A stretch of DNA of 63,989 nucleotides, the filler included, from Reticulomyxa filosa (taxonomy: Eukaryota; Protista; Foraminifera), in the NCBI GenBank assembly GCA_000512085.1. It is 21 parts of 21 records of this genome, joined end to end, with 100 filler letters (N's around TTAATTAATTAA, not from the genome) between each part and the next. Parts side by side here need not be neighbours in the genome. Positions count along the whole stretch, not along the records: positions 37,119 to 39,757 come from ASPP01043966.1; positions 39,858 to 41,195 come from ASPP01038693.1; positions 41,296 to 45,930 come from ASPP01010706.1; positions 46,031 to 49,154 come from ASPP01018815.1; positions 49,255 to 55,250 come from ASPP01008893.1; 16 more parts are not named here. One strand, 5' to 3'. The translations under genes were made by a program, and so were the position numbers. The notes under the pieces were generated by a model. It saw only the letters and a program-made list of their open reading frames with translations, was not told where the DNA came from and made no database searches. This document shows positions 37,421 through 49,367 of this stretch, piece by piece. Every line of letters starts with the position of its first letter. Within the stretch, counting starts at the first letter, position 1.

Positions 37421-37989
37421 TTTAGTTTGAACTTGCAAGACTTTTACACAAAAGTTAAAAAGGTAAAACAAAACAAGACAACAAAGTGAACTAGAAAAAA
37501 GTTTACCCCGGTCCTGAACTCAAAAATAAAAACTCTAGATTTTTTTTAAAATTTTAAAAGGTTGCAGAAAACATTTTGGAAATACAGATTTTGATTCCTC
37601 TCTAACAAAATGAATGATAATCAAGCCAAAAAAAAAGCCAAAAAGTTCAAACATATATAAAAGAATTTTCCAAGAGAATAAAGAATTTTCTTTTTCCCCC
37701 CTTCTTCTCCATTTTCTACTCCAAAAAAATTTTTTTTAGTCATGAGCCCGCGTTTCTGAAAATCCTATATCCAAAAAAGTTTTTACTCCAATTTTTCCAG
37801 AGTCATGATCCCGAGATTTTTGCAGACCAGTCTACAGAAAAACTTTACTCTTTTCAAAAATAATTACAGAAGTGCTACAGAAATGCTACAGAAGTTTTAT
37901 GAAAATCAGTTTTGGAAAATGCTGCACAAGTTTTATAAACAAAAATACTTACTTAGTTTTTTTCGAAGCCAAAACAAACAAACAAAAAA

Positions 37990-39356
37990 TCACTCCTCCC
38001 TTCTCCTCTGTCTTGGAGGTTGGTTCTCCTCATTTTCCTCTTCATCTTCTTGAGCAGCTTCGTTGATGAGATCCCCCAGTCTTCTCCTCTGGACCCGAGC
38101 TCGAATAGGAGCATTTGGAACTGCAGGTTGCTCCCGTAAAACGTTTGGAGACGGGAGATAATTCCTAACACCATCGTAGCGAGATTCAATAAACTCCCCT
38201 TGTTCATCCACCATAATATCATCTCGAGCTGGAACTGAAGGTGAAACATCAGACGGAGACAGTTCTTCATTTGACAAGGCAACCAACCTCGCCCTTTCAT
38301 TGTCCAACATCGACGGCAATGCTGGAGGCTCGGGCAACGCAACCACCTCCTCGAAAAAATGGTCAGGCTGTGGTCGGGGAGCGTTGACAATAGCATTCAA
38401 TTGACGTTGTAAAATCTCATTAGCGCGACGCAGAAAATCGTTGGCGTTCTCTCGTACTTGATTGTTGCTAACGAATTCCGCTCTCGATCTGAGTGTTGGA
38501 AAGCGCGACCAATCGATTGTAGAATAGTCATCATCGCCACGATCAATAAAACACCAATTATTGATATGGGGACGAAACCATACATTCCGCTAAATCCTAA
38601 AATCTCATTACACAGAACAGCACCACAAGTACAAACCTGCGAAGCACGGCATTGAGGGCATCGATTAGAAAGCCCTTCATGTACCGCACGATCCCAGCAA
38701 CGAACGCAAAGATGATGTCCACAACTTAGAATTCGTTCTCTAACATCCTCCAAATTGTAATCTTGACAACAAATCGAGCAACCATTCGCGCCAAAATTAT
38801 TCATCAGTATCAAATTTGTCTCCAGTACATTCGAAACTCCTAATTGAAGAGCCTGGACGATGTTATTGAGACGCATCCTCTCGACATCCAAACGAGCAAT
38901 GGCTCTCTCCACTAAGCTCACCATTCGTTGTCGCGAGTCAATAAGCTCACGAGTTTCTTGTCCACTTGGTAACTGCTGGGCGAAGTCAATAGAGTCTCCA
39001 ATAACACGAAAAGGTTCCCCAGGTTCCACTTCCATTAGACGATCAGCAAAAACATCCGCCATGCCGATGCCGTTGCCTGGGACATGTACATTGTCCGCCA
39101 CATCAATTGACAAACCTATACACAACAAACTTTAGTATACGTACAAACACATCATAAACAAACAAAACATACCATTGGAAAGGGCTGGTGGGGATGGCGC
39201 TGGGGATGGGTCTTCGGACTTGAAATCTTTCTCGTCCTTCTCCTCCTTTTCTTCCTTGTGCTCGGCGAGGTTGGCGCGGGAAACACCGACTGTGAGGTCC
39301 AACACCTCGTCATCACTCTCAACTAAGTCAACAAAAACATTAGAACTTAAAGACAT
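37990..39356 (-). CDS. SIM-containing RING (C3HC4) protein, RNF4/STUbL-like architecture; one apparent frameshift
   Basis: ATG at 39356. N-terminus VFVDLVESDDEVLDLT. Intron 39172-39116. CSICC...SCGHHLCVRC...CPQCR. Adding one A near 38585 continues the frame to the stop at 37990. Confidence 0.75.
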
Positions 39357-41356
39357 GTCTTCGATATATCGTTGAAGCAAGCCTAAAAGACAACAAACAA
39401 CAAAGATGTTAAAAAGATGAAACAAAAAACTGAAACGACAAGTGAACTAAAACTTTTCTAGCTCTCTAGTTCCCCTGGGATCCCCCTTCGTTCAAAAAAC
39501 CAGAAATGTGGAAAATAAGTTCCCCACAGACCACTGAACCCAAAACCCCATTATTTCTATAAACCAAACTCAATTCAACATAGGACCTTTGTTTTCGTCT
39601 CTTTAATATATATTAACTTCATTCCCCCTACATTATATATAAAAGAGACGGGAAGTCAGGTCCCAGGCCAATTTCAAACACTAATCCTTAACTTCTTTCT
39701 TATTCACATTCGTAATCATTTTCAAAACACTATTGCCCGATAGGTCCTTAGAATAAGNNNNNNNNNNNNNNNNNNNNNNNNNNNNNNNNNNNNNNNNNNN
39801 NTTAATTAATTAANNNNNNNNNNNNNNNNNNNNNNNNNNNNNNNNNNNNNNNNNNNNAAATATTATTCGTTCTTTGGTTTGAACATTACATTATATGCCC
39901 CTGCAATGAAGATTTGTTTATGCCACATTAGCAATAATACATTTTCGATAATACAAAAAAGTGTATGAAACAGAAATTTTCCTAGTATAAATAAACTCAA
40001 ATGTGTAATTGATACAACATATCTTTCATTTGAAAGTCTTGGAACAGCTATACAATAAAATGTCAATGGAGGAGCTTTTGTCAGCATCCTGTATGTCTGT
40101 AGTTCTACCTTATACGGTCGTTCAGTTCAAGAAAGATCCAATAGTCTTTCGTACTCAAAATAACATCAAGGTTGTTTTTTTGGTTAGAAAACGTAGCAAT
40201 CTCCACATTTATGTATTCTGGCATTGTTAAGCCGTCACACCGGCAAAATCACGATGTCATGAGCATTGATCACGCGATTGGATACCAACTTTCTATGCGG
40301 AGGGCTCTTATCTATAGGTTAAATCTAAAACTGTATCAAACCACTACTACTGAGCGTGCGGCTAGTGTGAACACCAACTCTTATTCGAAGACCAAGAAGC
40401 AACAATGGAGGATAGGCTGTGTTACCACAGCATCAAAGACATACACACACGCTTAGTCAATTCAAACACAGAATAATGAACATGAACCATGAAAACATTA
40501 AAATGATTTTAACTATTCACAAATCAACCGTTCTTGCATTGACAAGTTTATAATAAGCAAAATGAACACATACAATAAATATCTATATGTACAGTTTTTT
40601 TTTTTATGTACGCCTACATACAATCCAAAAAAAAAAAATTAAAAATAACGTAGCTATGACAAGACTGCAATCTATGAGCTGGGAACTGCGTACATATTGC
40701 GACAAACTAACTTTTTTTGGGATTTGATGCGGTGGTATGCTCGCTGTCTTTGATTTGCTTGTTCAAATTTGGAGAACGGATTTATGACTATACATTGGGA
40801 CATTTAGAGACTCTCCATAATTACAGTTCGGCAAAGATCACATTTCTTTATGGCGACAAATTCGAGCTCCTCCTTTTCTGGTATCACCAAAAAGGCTATT
40901 GAAACTACCGATCCAGTCGCACTTTCGTCCAAACGAACTATATTTTTACTTTATATTAATTGTTGGAATTGGGCAATTGAATTGTTATTGAAACTTCATA
41001 CGCTTTTTTTAATAAATAAAAACGATTAATTTTAAATCGCAATATGAATGAACTATATAATGTTATTATTATTTTTTCTTAGCACCGACTATAAATCAGT
41101 TGATTGCATATTGCAACATGCAGTTATCAATTTTTTTTTCAAAGACACAAATGAACCAAATTGACATATTTACATATTTTTGGCTTGGATTTTCANNNNN
41201 NNNNNNNNNNNNNNNNNNNNNNNNNNNNNNNNNNNNNNNTTAATTAATTAANNNNNNNNNNNNNNNNNNNNNNNNNNNNNNNNNNNNNNNNNNNNTTTTT
41301 TTTTTTTTTTTTTTTTTGGCAAAAAAAAAAAAAAAAAAATCGATAATGGTGACAAG

Positions 41357-42773
41357 GATTTACAACCAATCAAAGAGCAGCAGCTTGTCTATGCATGGTC
41401 TTAGGCACAGTAACTTTTACCTTTGGAGTCACTCAAGTAGTCCAGAGTATCGCTGTGCAATCCAAGTACAACACGCACGTGCAAAACGTGACCGCTTGGA
41501 CGAAACACAACCAAGAAATACTAAATGATGACATTATCAATGAAATTCGCTTATATTTTCAATATAAACATGAGAGGGTACACTTTGAAGAGCAAGATAT
41601 TGTCCAACTCTTCCCTTTACATATGCGGAAGAGAATCATGGCCTACATCTATGGTCCCATAGTCGCCAACGTGCCATTGTTCAGCCACTGCTCTAAACGA
41701 TTTTTGACAGAGCTTGTGGTGCGACTCAAATCCGAATTTTACAATAAATATAGTGTCATTTACGAACGAGGAAGCGTTAGAACGCACATGTTCATTTTGA
41801 AAAATGGACTTGTGGCCATTTATGATGATAAAAGTATCGTTCACACTGCCTTTGTTGTCACCCCTGGGCAGCCCTTTGGGGAGCTTGCAGTGCTTGATGC
41901 AAGTGCTACAAGGACGGCCACTGCTGTAGCCTTAGATTGGACTGACATCAGTTCTATTCATTTTTTTTTTAAAAACAACTTGGTGTAGCTTGTCAACATG
42001 TGCTTTTTTCTTAAAAAAAAAGTTTCAATTTCCAGAGAAGACTTGTTAGAAGTACTGATTTATTTTCCAAAAGAAAGACGATTGATTCGAAAATATGCTG
42101 TTGAAAAACGCAAAGTGTGGGAAAGAGCTCATGATCTCTCGCAGGCCGCGAAGGACTCAGAGCGAGCCTCACTTTGTACAGTGGTATCTCTCTCTTGTTT
42201 TCGTGTTATTGGTACAATCCTCAAGCACACATTTCCCTTGCGATGTACGCATAGAAGGCAGAAACAAAAGAAAGAAAGACTGTTCACTTATCAGCCCAAG
42301 ATTATGCAAAGGCAAATCCGTCTTCGGTCAAGCTTGGGAATGGTGATGCCCGACATATCACTGAAGCGATAAACCAAAAAATTGAAACAATTAACTCTCT
42401 GTTGGAAAAGGTACAGATTTGTGCTCTTCACAAGTTTTTTTTCTGACTCAGCTAGGATTTGGGTAATGTCTAGATTGAAAAAGAAATTGAAGCGAGAAAA
42501 GAAGCTCTTAAAGCGCAAGAAATAAGGAATAAGACAAAAAATACTCAATTTCGATATGATAGTAATCACAACAGTCTACAGAGCATTTTTGATGGCATGC
42601 CTGGGGACAGCAGTAGTGATGAATTTGACTCAGTTAATGATAAATTACCCAACGTTGCACCTCGTTCTCCGTCGGCAACTAATTTTGAAAAGGTACTGAA
42701 CAGTGCTTTTGATACTAAATCACGGATTGCAGTGGGAAATAAAGTGATAACTATTACTCAATCGTCACTTTAA
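41357..42773 (+). CDS. Cyclic-nucleotide-gated/HCN/EAG-like ion channel, C-terminal part (S6, C-linker, CNB domain)
   Basis: MVLGTVTFTFGV (S6), IRLYFQY, VPLFSHCSKRFL.ELV.RL, MFILKNG, FGELAVL...RTATAVAL, SISREDLLEVL. Last exon ends with TAA at 42773. Confidence 0.87.
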
Positions 42774-43499
42774 AAGATGTCCAATTCAGTTTTTAAACTT
42801 TTGAAATCTAGCTTGTTGTCTCATAAATGTACTTGAATTTTTCAATTAACTTAGTTCAAAGTAAAACTACTTGGAAAATATTCCAATATTACCTAGTTTT
42901 TTTCAGAATAACTCACAGATCAAGCGTAACAGCATTTAATAATCTTTTCGGAACATGACGAACACAATGAAATGAATAATCTGTGACATACACGTTCTAT
43001 TTCATTTAAATTTTTTATTCAAAGAGTAAATTTTGCAAAGGCTTAATAAAACACATTCCAAAACGATCCGAGCTGGATTTACTAAGAGCAATCGTTTGAA
43101 CAAATACCATAAAATTACTGGATAAAGAGTTAAAGCGTGAGTATCCGAATTTAACTTTTAAATTAATCTCACATATGCAAAAGAAGAGCGAAAAAAGACG
43201 AAACCAAGGAAGCCATCAATTTGATTTGAGAGCAAAGTAAAAAAGGATAAAAAATGGCGATGCAAAAAAAACAAATAAAAAATTGATTAGGCAAACAGCC
43301 ACAAATTGTTGAGACAAAGTATTATCAACGTGTTTATTCAAAAGTTCATTTGCTCCCCCTTCGAAAAAGAAAGTTCAGTACCGTTATTTTCTCCCTTTTT
43401 TTGTCAAGGGAGAAACATTTTAATTTCGGATTTATTAAGTACATTAGATGAAAGGTACCTCACAACATTCTGCGCATCACATCCAATGTTGTTATGTTT

Positions 43500-43941
43500 T
43501 CTAATTCACACTATATTTGTCCAAGTTTGTCCATTTTTCATCAGAGTCACTGCTGATCATTCCTTTTTCTTCAAGCGATCTTTTAGCGTGTAACTTTGCC
43601 ACGCATATACGGCAGTTATCGTTAACGTCGTTCCCACCATCATCCCCAAAATTCTTTGCGAAGTTGTCTTTGATGTTTTTTCAAGTTCACAAATATGTTA
43701 TACCTTTTTGAAAAGTTAATATTTTGTGACCGTTTTCCACTTTTCTTATTCTGTTACCTTCAGATCTTGGTTTAACCCCTTGCTTTAAGATACGAATGTA
43801 ACCTTCTGGTAATTCCCTCTTCCCACGGTTCTTCAAGTGACTGGGCAAGCGGGGCTCGCTTGCAAAGTTCCGAATATGATTAGAGTTGAAATGAAGCGAA
43901 GAACCAAAAACTACACCTTTTCTGCGCAAATGAGAGAACAT
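43500..43941 (-). CDS. Small hypothetical protein with a mitochondrial-presequence-like N-terminus
   Basis: MFSHLRRKGVVFGSSLHFNSNHIRNFAS is Arg/Ser-rich with no acidic residues and an R-x-F-A-S cleavage-like site. A downstream frame encodes one TM helix. Splicing unresolved. Confidence 0.35.
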
Positions 43942-44360
43942 GACGTTAAATTTTATTTGTACTATTACATGAAAAAAGATAAAAGGGGAAAAAAAGAAAA
44001 ACTTATGACCTTTAGTCTTGTATGTTAATCGCAGCTAGAAAGCAGTCTAATTGAACTATACCTAGTAAAATTTACATATCATTGCATAGAAACTATTAAA
44101 CATTTTTTTGCCAAGAGACGCCGCGAAAAAGATTGTCACAAGTGATGATATCATTTCAAAACTTAAAAAAGTAGAAAAATAGGGTGAAACTCTGAGTGAT
44201 CGATCAAAGACGCATGGCTATTTTCCTTTGTTCCAAGACGTCGACTTCAACTTATGTTTTTTTTGTGTGCAAAAAGTTTTAAAGAGGGCAAGAAGATAAT
44301 GGCAGGTAAAAAACAAAATAAACAAATGGTAACATCTCTTGCCAATGAAGCAAATAATCT

Positions 44361-45890
44361 GTGATGATTTGGAACGGTGTAGGTATTGGTTATGTAACGT
44401 CTCGTTCAAAGAACAGATGGATTGACTCGAAATATTTAAAAGGTTTTGACATCCAAGAAGAAAAATCAGGGAAAAATGTAGTGTATCAACGAGAGTATTT
44501 CACAGACGATCAATTCAACTCCATCAAAAATAATCAAATTCCAATTATATTTTTATTTGGAGACAATGAACAAGACAACATAAGACAAAACCGCAAAGAA
44601 AAAAGGCTCGGATTTTCAGGACAGGCCAGGATCGCGGGCAAGTTGGAGTTCGAAGACAAGCTTTCTGTTGGCATTATCACCCTTTGGCACTCTGTATGTA
44701 CTATGTCTATAACCACGCATATTCTGCACTGTCAATTAGCGCAAAATGATATTTGTATTCATTAATTAAGGGAGAATTAATTTATTTATTATTATTATTT
44801 TTTTTTTTTTTGAAAGAGATATGACATCAAACAAAAAATTCAAAAATGGGAACGCGCTTTCAATATCGTGTTATCGAAAATTCGACAAGGGTAGTTTATT
44901 TTATTCTATTTTGTTGTTCAATATTTTGGATTCTCTTGATTGCTTTTGTTTCAAAAAAAAAAAAAAAATTGGAGCCACCTCTTTTTTTCTCCCGGAGGGA
45001 CAAAGTGGAGCCTTATTTTTAAAAATTTTTTTTTGTAAGAAAATATCATCCTAATGACGCACACAAAAAAAAAAAAAAAAATCAAAGGTACACAGTGGTG
45101 GTTCCATCTCCTTCATTCGCTGATTTCAGCTCACATCACCATAAGTTCTTTGGCAAAGTAAATTCAAAAATAACTTTATTTGTTTGATTGTTGGTTTGTT
45201 CAATTTGAAATTTGGATTCAAAATAAAATAAAATAAAATAGGAGGACGGAAAACAAGTGATATTCCATTCATTGGGCACAGGCATTGCGTGCGCACCATT
45301 GACCGATTTATACGTGCTTCAGCAATTCTTAGACTTTTTAGTTGAAAATTTTTTATTCGTCTGATTGTTTGCACCCTTTTTCTCTTTCTTTTTTTTAAAT
45401 TGAATATAAATGCTTTTCTTTATTTACACGTATTTGTACGTATACACTCTAAACATTGTCACATGCGTGCATGCGCATGCCACATATACATGTACATATA
45501 TAGATATATACATATATGTATAAATGGGATAAATATTACATTTGCTTTTTTTTTCACATCCAATAACAAAGGAAAACGAAATAGTGGATAGCAAATTAAT
45601 TGATTGCAACCCAATGAATAATCCATTGATTTTGTCATCTATTGACCCCGCCGGATACATGTCTATTTTCTTATACACATATACAATATATACGTTATAC
45701 ACATATCTACTGTATTTATTCGTTTATTTTTGCAATTGGATGAAAAAAAATGGACAGATACGAAGGATCAAAGAGAACATTGATTACGAGTGCGAGTGGA
45801 TTTGATCGAGAAGAGGACACCAAATTATTGGAAGAAAAAGATCTTACAATAAAGAATTTGCAACGAGGAATTGACGAACTCAAAAGTGCA
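44361..45890 (+). CDS. Hypothetical multi-exon protein resembling a phage/bacterial macro-like family
   Basis: Motifs in order across exons: IFLFGDN, GFSGQARI, SVGIIT, TVVVP (~45090) and HSLGTGIA (~45270). Confidence 0.55.
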
Positions 45891-47639
45891 ATTCTTTTCT
45901 TTTTCTTTGATTTCATTTTTTTTTTTTTTTNNNNNNNNNNNNNNNNNNNNNNNNNNNNNNNNNNNNNNNNNNNNTTAATTAATTAANNNNNNNNNNNNNN
46001 NNNNNNNNNNNNNNNNNNNNNNNNNNNNNNAAAATTGAATAATCAAAATTCAATCATGATTTTTTCATTTATATATACTAGAGATCGTGGGGAATCCAAA
46101 TCTGTAGTCAGAATTCTTGTACGATGAACACAATTTATATCAGCTCATTGCAAAAAATATTACAAGATAATGTAAAATGCAACAAATGCAAAACAAAGCG
46201 TTTGTACAAAATAAAATAAACTTGATTAGATTCCTACAAATTCAATCTTATCAAAACCATTTAGCAATGATTAAAGCAAGACTTTACAAACGTGATTAAA
46301 TAAAAACAGCACTTAATCATAAGAAAAATTTGAAAATAATTAGAAAAAGTGAAAAGAAACGTATGCAGAAGTTTCATTGAATCTATGCAAAAAACAAATA
46401 CTAACACCGAAACAGTATGTTTTTTATTTCTGAATTCTTTTATTACAGATGTCTTTGCTAAATATTGAAATATAACTTATATAACAATATATTCAGTACG
46501 TTTCTATATGTTGCCCAATTTTATTTTGAATTGAATACTTAAACTAATTTTGGAACATTTACATATTCTATACACTAAAGAATAATATAAAATCATATTC
46601 AGCATATATTATTGACGTATTAATTTCCTTTAAATAGCATAAGTTTATAAATCTTAATATCATACTTAATCTGGATACAAGGAAATGGAAATACGTTCAC
46701 TTAAAACTAGTACAGAATCTTTTAATAAGTTGAAATAACATATGTTTATTTCATAATAAGTTATAAATAATAAATTATTGTCACTTCCACAATCAAATCA
46801 GATTATCATATGAAATTACAATTTCCAATTATCTTTCTTTGTAGTAATCTGCAAAATGAATCAATTATTGCACAAGCTGATTTTATTGATTTATTATAAT
46901 TATTTCAATTGAGATAAATACTTAGAGTATCATTTTCATGTATATTATCCGATGTTGAGCGGATACACAAATATATACTTGTACTGGTTTTTGATTGTAT
47001 TGTAAGAATAACAATTACTTTGTTTGTAGAATCAAAAATGAAAATTTATGTTGATTATTCTTCAAAAAAAAATTACCATTTATAAAAAAATCGAAAAAAT
47101 GTAGGAAGTCTACAGTGAAGAGCTTCACTAAATGTAATACGAAATAGTGTTACTCTCAATGAGAGTGACTTTCAGTAAATAAAAGTAAATTAAAGAATAA
47201 ATCAAAGACAAAAGGAGTAAGAGAGAAAACAAGTAAGAGGTAGTTTGTTGAGGAGATTTAACTCAAAGGGAGCTCCTCAGTTCCATAAGCGTTCAGCCAC
47301 GTGTGATAAGGGCTTGCCCTACAAAAACACTTAAAAAATTTATTAAAATTCAAAAAAAGTACAATTGTTTTAAAATTAATAAAATAAAAAAATTTAATAA
47401 AAAAAACTATAAAAAATATAATAAAAATGTATATGAGTGTGTTAGTAAGAATGTGCGATTGTGCGTGAGTATATGTATGTTTAAAATAACTAAGATGGTA
47501 GGATGAGTGGATAATAAATAACACATGAGTTAGTTTATGGACAAAAATTTGAACTGATAACAGATATTAAATTAAAATTACTAGAAAAAAAGATGAACTT
47601 GACATTAGTCGATTTTTGCGTACCATACAAAAGCATATA

Positions 47640-47810
47640 ACGGAAAACGAATAAACTATGAAAGCAAACAAAAGCATAACTATAGTTTCAAAATTGGAGA
47701 TTCCGTATTATTGTTTGTGATGGATCAAAGAGTTAGTAATAAAGCAAAGTTACTACCAAAATTTGTGTGACCTTATGTTGTCATTCAGCGCACCAGTCCA
47801 GTTGTGGGTT
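47640..47810 (+). mobile_element. Ty3/gypsy LTR-retrotransposon relic (integrase GPY/F module)
   Basis: FKIGDSVLLFV...KAKLLPKFV*PYVVIQRTSPV, the F..GD.V...KL.PK..GPY.V motif with the Gly codon mutated to TGA. Confidence 0.75.
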
Positions 47811-48663
47811 TTCCTGCTGCTCTTTTGAGCAATTTAAAACAAAAGATTAATGATTTAAATAAAAGAAACAATAAACAACAAGATTCAACAAGTGAAAGAG
47901 AAAAGACAAGTCGTGAAAGTGAGTAGTGTGTTTTTAGAATAAAGGGTTCCAAAGTTCACTTGTAGTGCGCGAATTACTTATTACGACATCATGAGTACTA
48001 CAAAGTAAATTTTAAAACAAAAATAACAATGGATTTGAAAAAAACTTGGTGTCAAAACTTAAGAAAAGTAAGTCATTAGAACTACTAGACAATTCACCAC
48101 ATCCACTGGAGCCAATAGACACTACTGAAGGCGTTGAAACTTTCAAACTAGCAAGTCGAAAGCCAAGTAGAAGTGACGAAAAGATGGCAAATAACACAAC
48201 ATAATATGCTGCCTGGATGAGGCAAAGAGTGTGGAATGTAGCACAACGCCTATAATTACATGAGAAGTTCTACTCGGAATGAGGGACCCTTTTCTTTTAA
48301 CATTCACCCTCTTTAGCTTTTCCGTTTTCTTAGTCTTTTCGGTGTGCTGGCCATTTCTTTATTATTTGAAAACTTTTGTTTTCTAAAAAAACTATTATTG
48401 TCATATATTTTAGAAAAAAATCAACAACTCCAAAGATATGTATTATATCATCGGATTGATTTAACGTAATAGTACTTTTTGCCACATCAATTAAAATGAA
48501 ATTAAGCATATTCGCAAAAATTCCTTAAAGAAAAACAAAAGCAAAATTGAATTTATCAGTGCGCGGGTCTGTAGGACGAAGTAAGTTTGAAGTTCACTAC
48601 GTCAAGTTTCTACTGCGTACTGCTCTTTCAGATACCTTTTTGTCAGTTTCAAAATTTCAAACC

Positions 48664-49108
48664 ATGTGCCGAAAATATGTGAGTGAACCTGGAGAGATTG
48701 TCTTTCAGTACTATGAATGGTCGTGGCATGGACGGTGGGGGGTGTTGTTTCTACTGGCCGGTATTGTCTGCGAATTTATTGCGGTTCACTACGGCGCTCT
48801 AATAGCTCCACTAATTTCTGCGGCTATCATCACGCTGCTTGGATGTTTTCTTGTGACTCAATGTGGTGGAAGTTACGTTAATGAGCAAAAAATAAATGTT
48901 CCAAAAAAAAAAAAAAATTGAAAAAAAAAAGGGACAAATTGGATTTTTTCAAAAACAGGTTGGCTCATCTTTAACCCGTCTAAGGATGCTGTCCACGTAG
49001 TTCAAGGGTACTTTGTGAATGCAAAACTTTCGAAGGCTAATGCAGGGAAGTTGTCACAATTAAAAACAGTCATGATTACACGTGTCATCCACAGAGGAAA
49101 GAGTGGCA

Positions 49109-49109
<1 letters not shown>
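48664..49109 (+). CDS. Hypothetical membrane protein, 5' part (two TM helices)
   Basis: WGVLFLLAGIVCEFIAV and LIAPLISAAIITLLGCFLV. Intron ~48898-48958; second exon ends at a GT donor before the linker. Confidence 0.55.
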
Positions 49110-49154
<45 letters not shown>

Positions 49155-49367
49155 NNNNNNNNNNNNNNNNNNNNNNNNNNNNNNNNNNNNNNNNNNNNTT
49201 AATTAATTAANNNNNNNNNNNNNNNNNNNNNNNNNNNNNNNNNNNNNNNNNNNNACACACACACATATGCACATATATATATGTAATATAAACAAAAGGG
49301 GGGGTGATGCCTTGAGCATATGTTTGTGATCTACGTGTATACGTATGTAGTGTGGAACAAGAGTGCA

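Noticed and set aside
39858-41195. Short ORFs on this contig
   Set aside because: No motifs or consistent exon structure. Probably decayed sequence.
46031-47200. AT-rich stretch that looks like decayed coding sequence
   Set aside because: No assignable motif on either strand.
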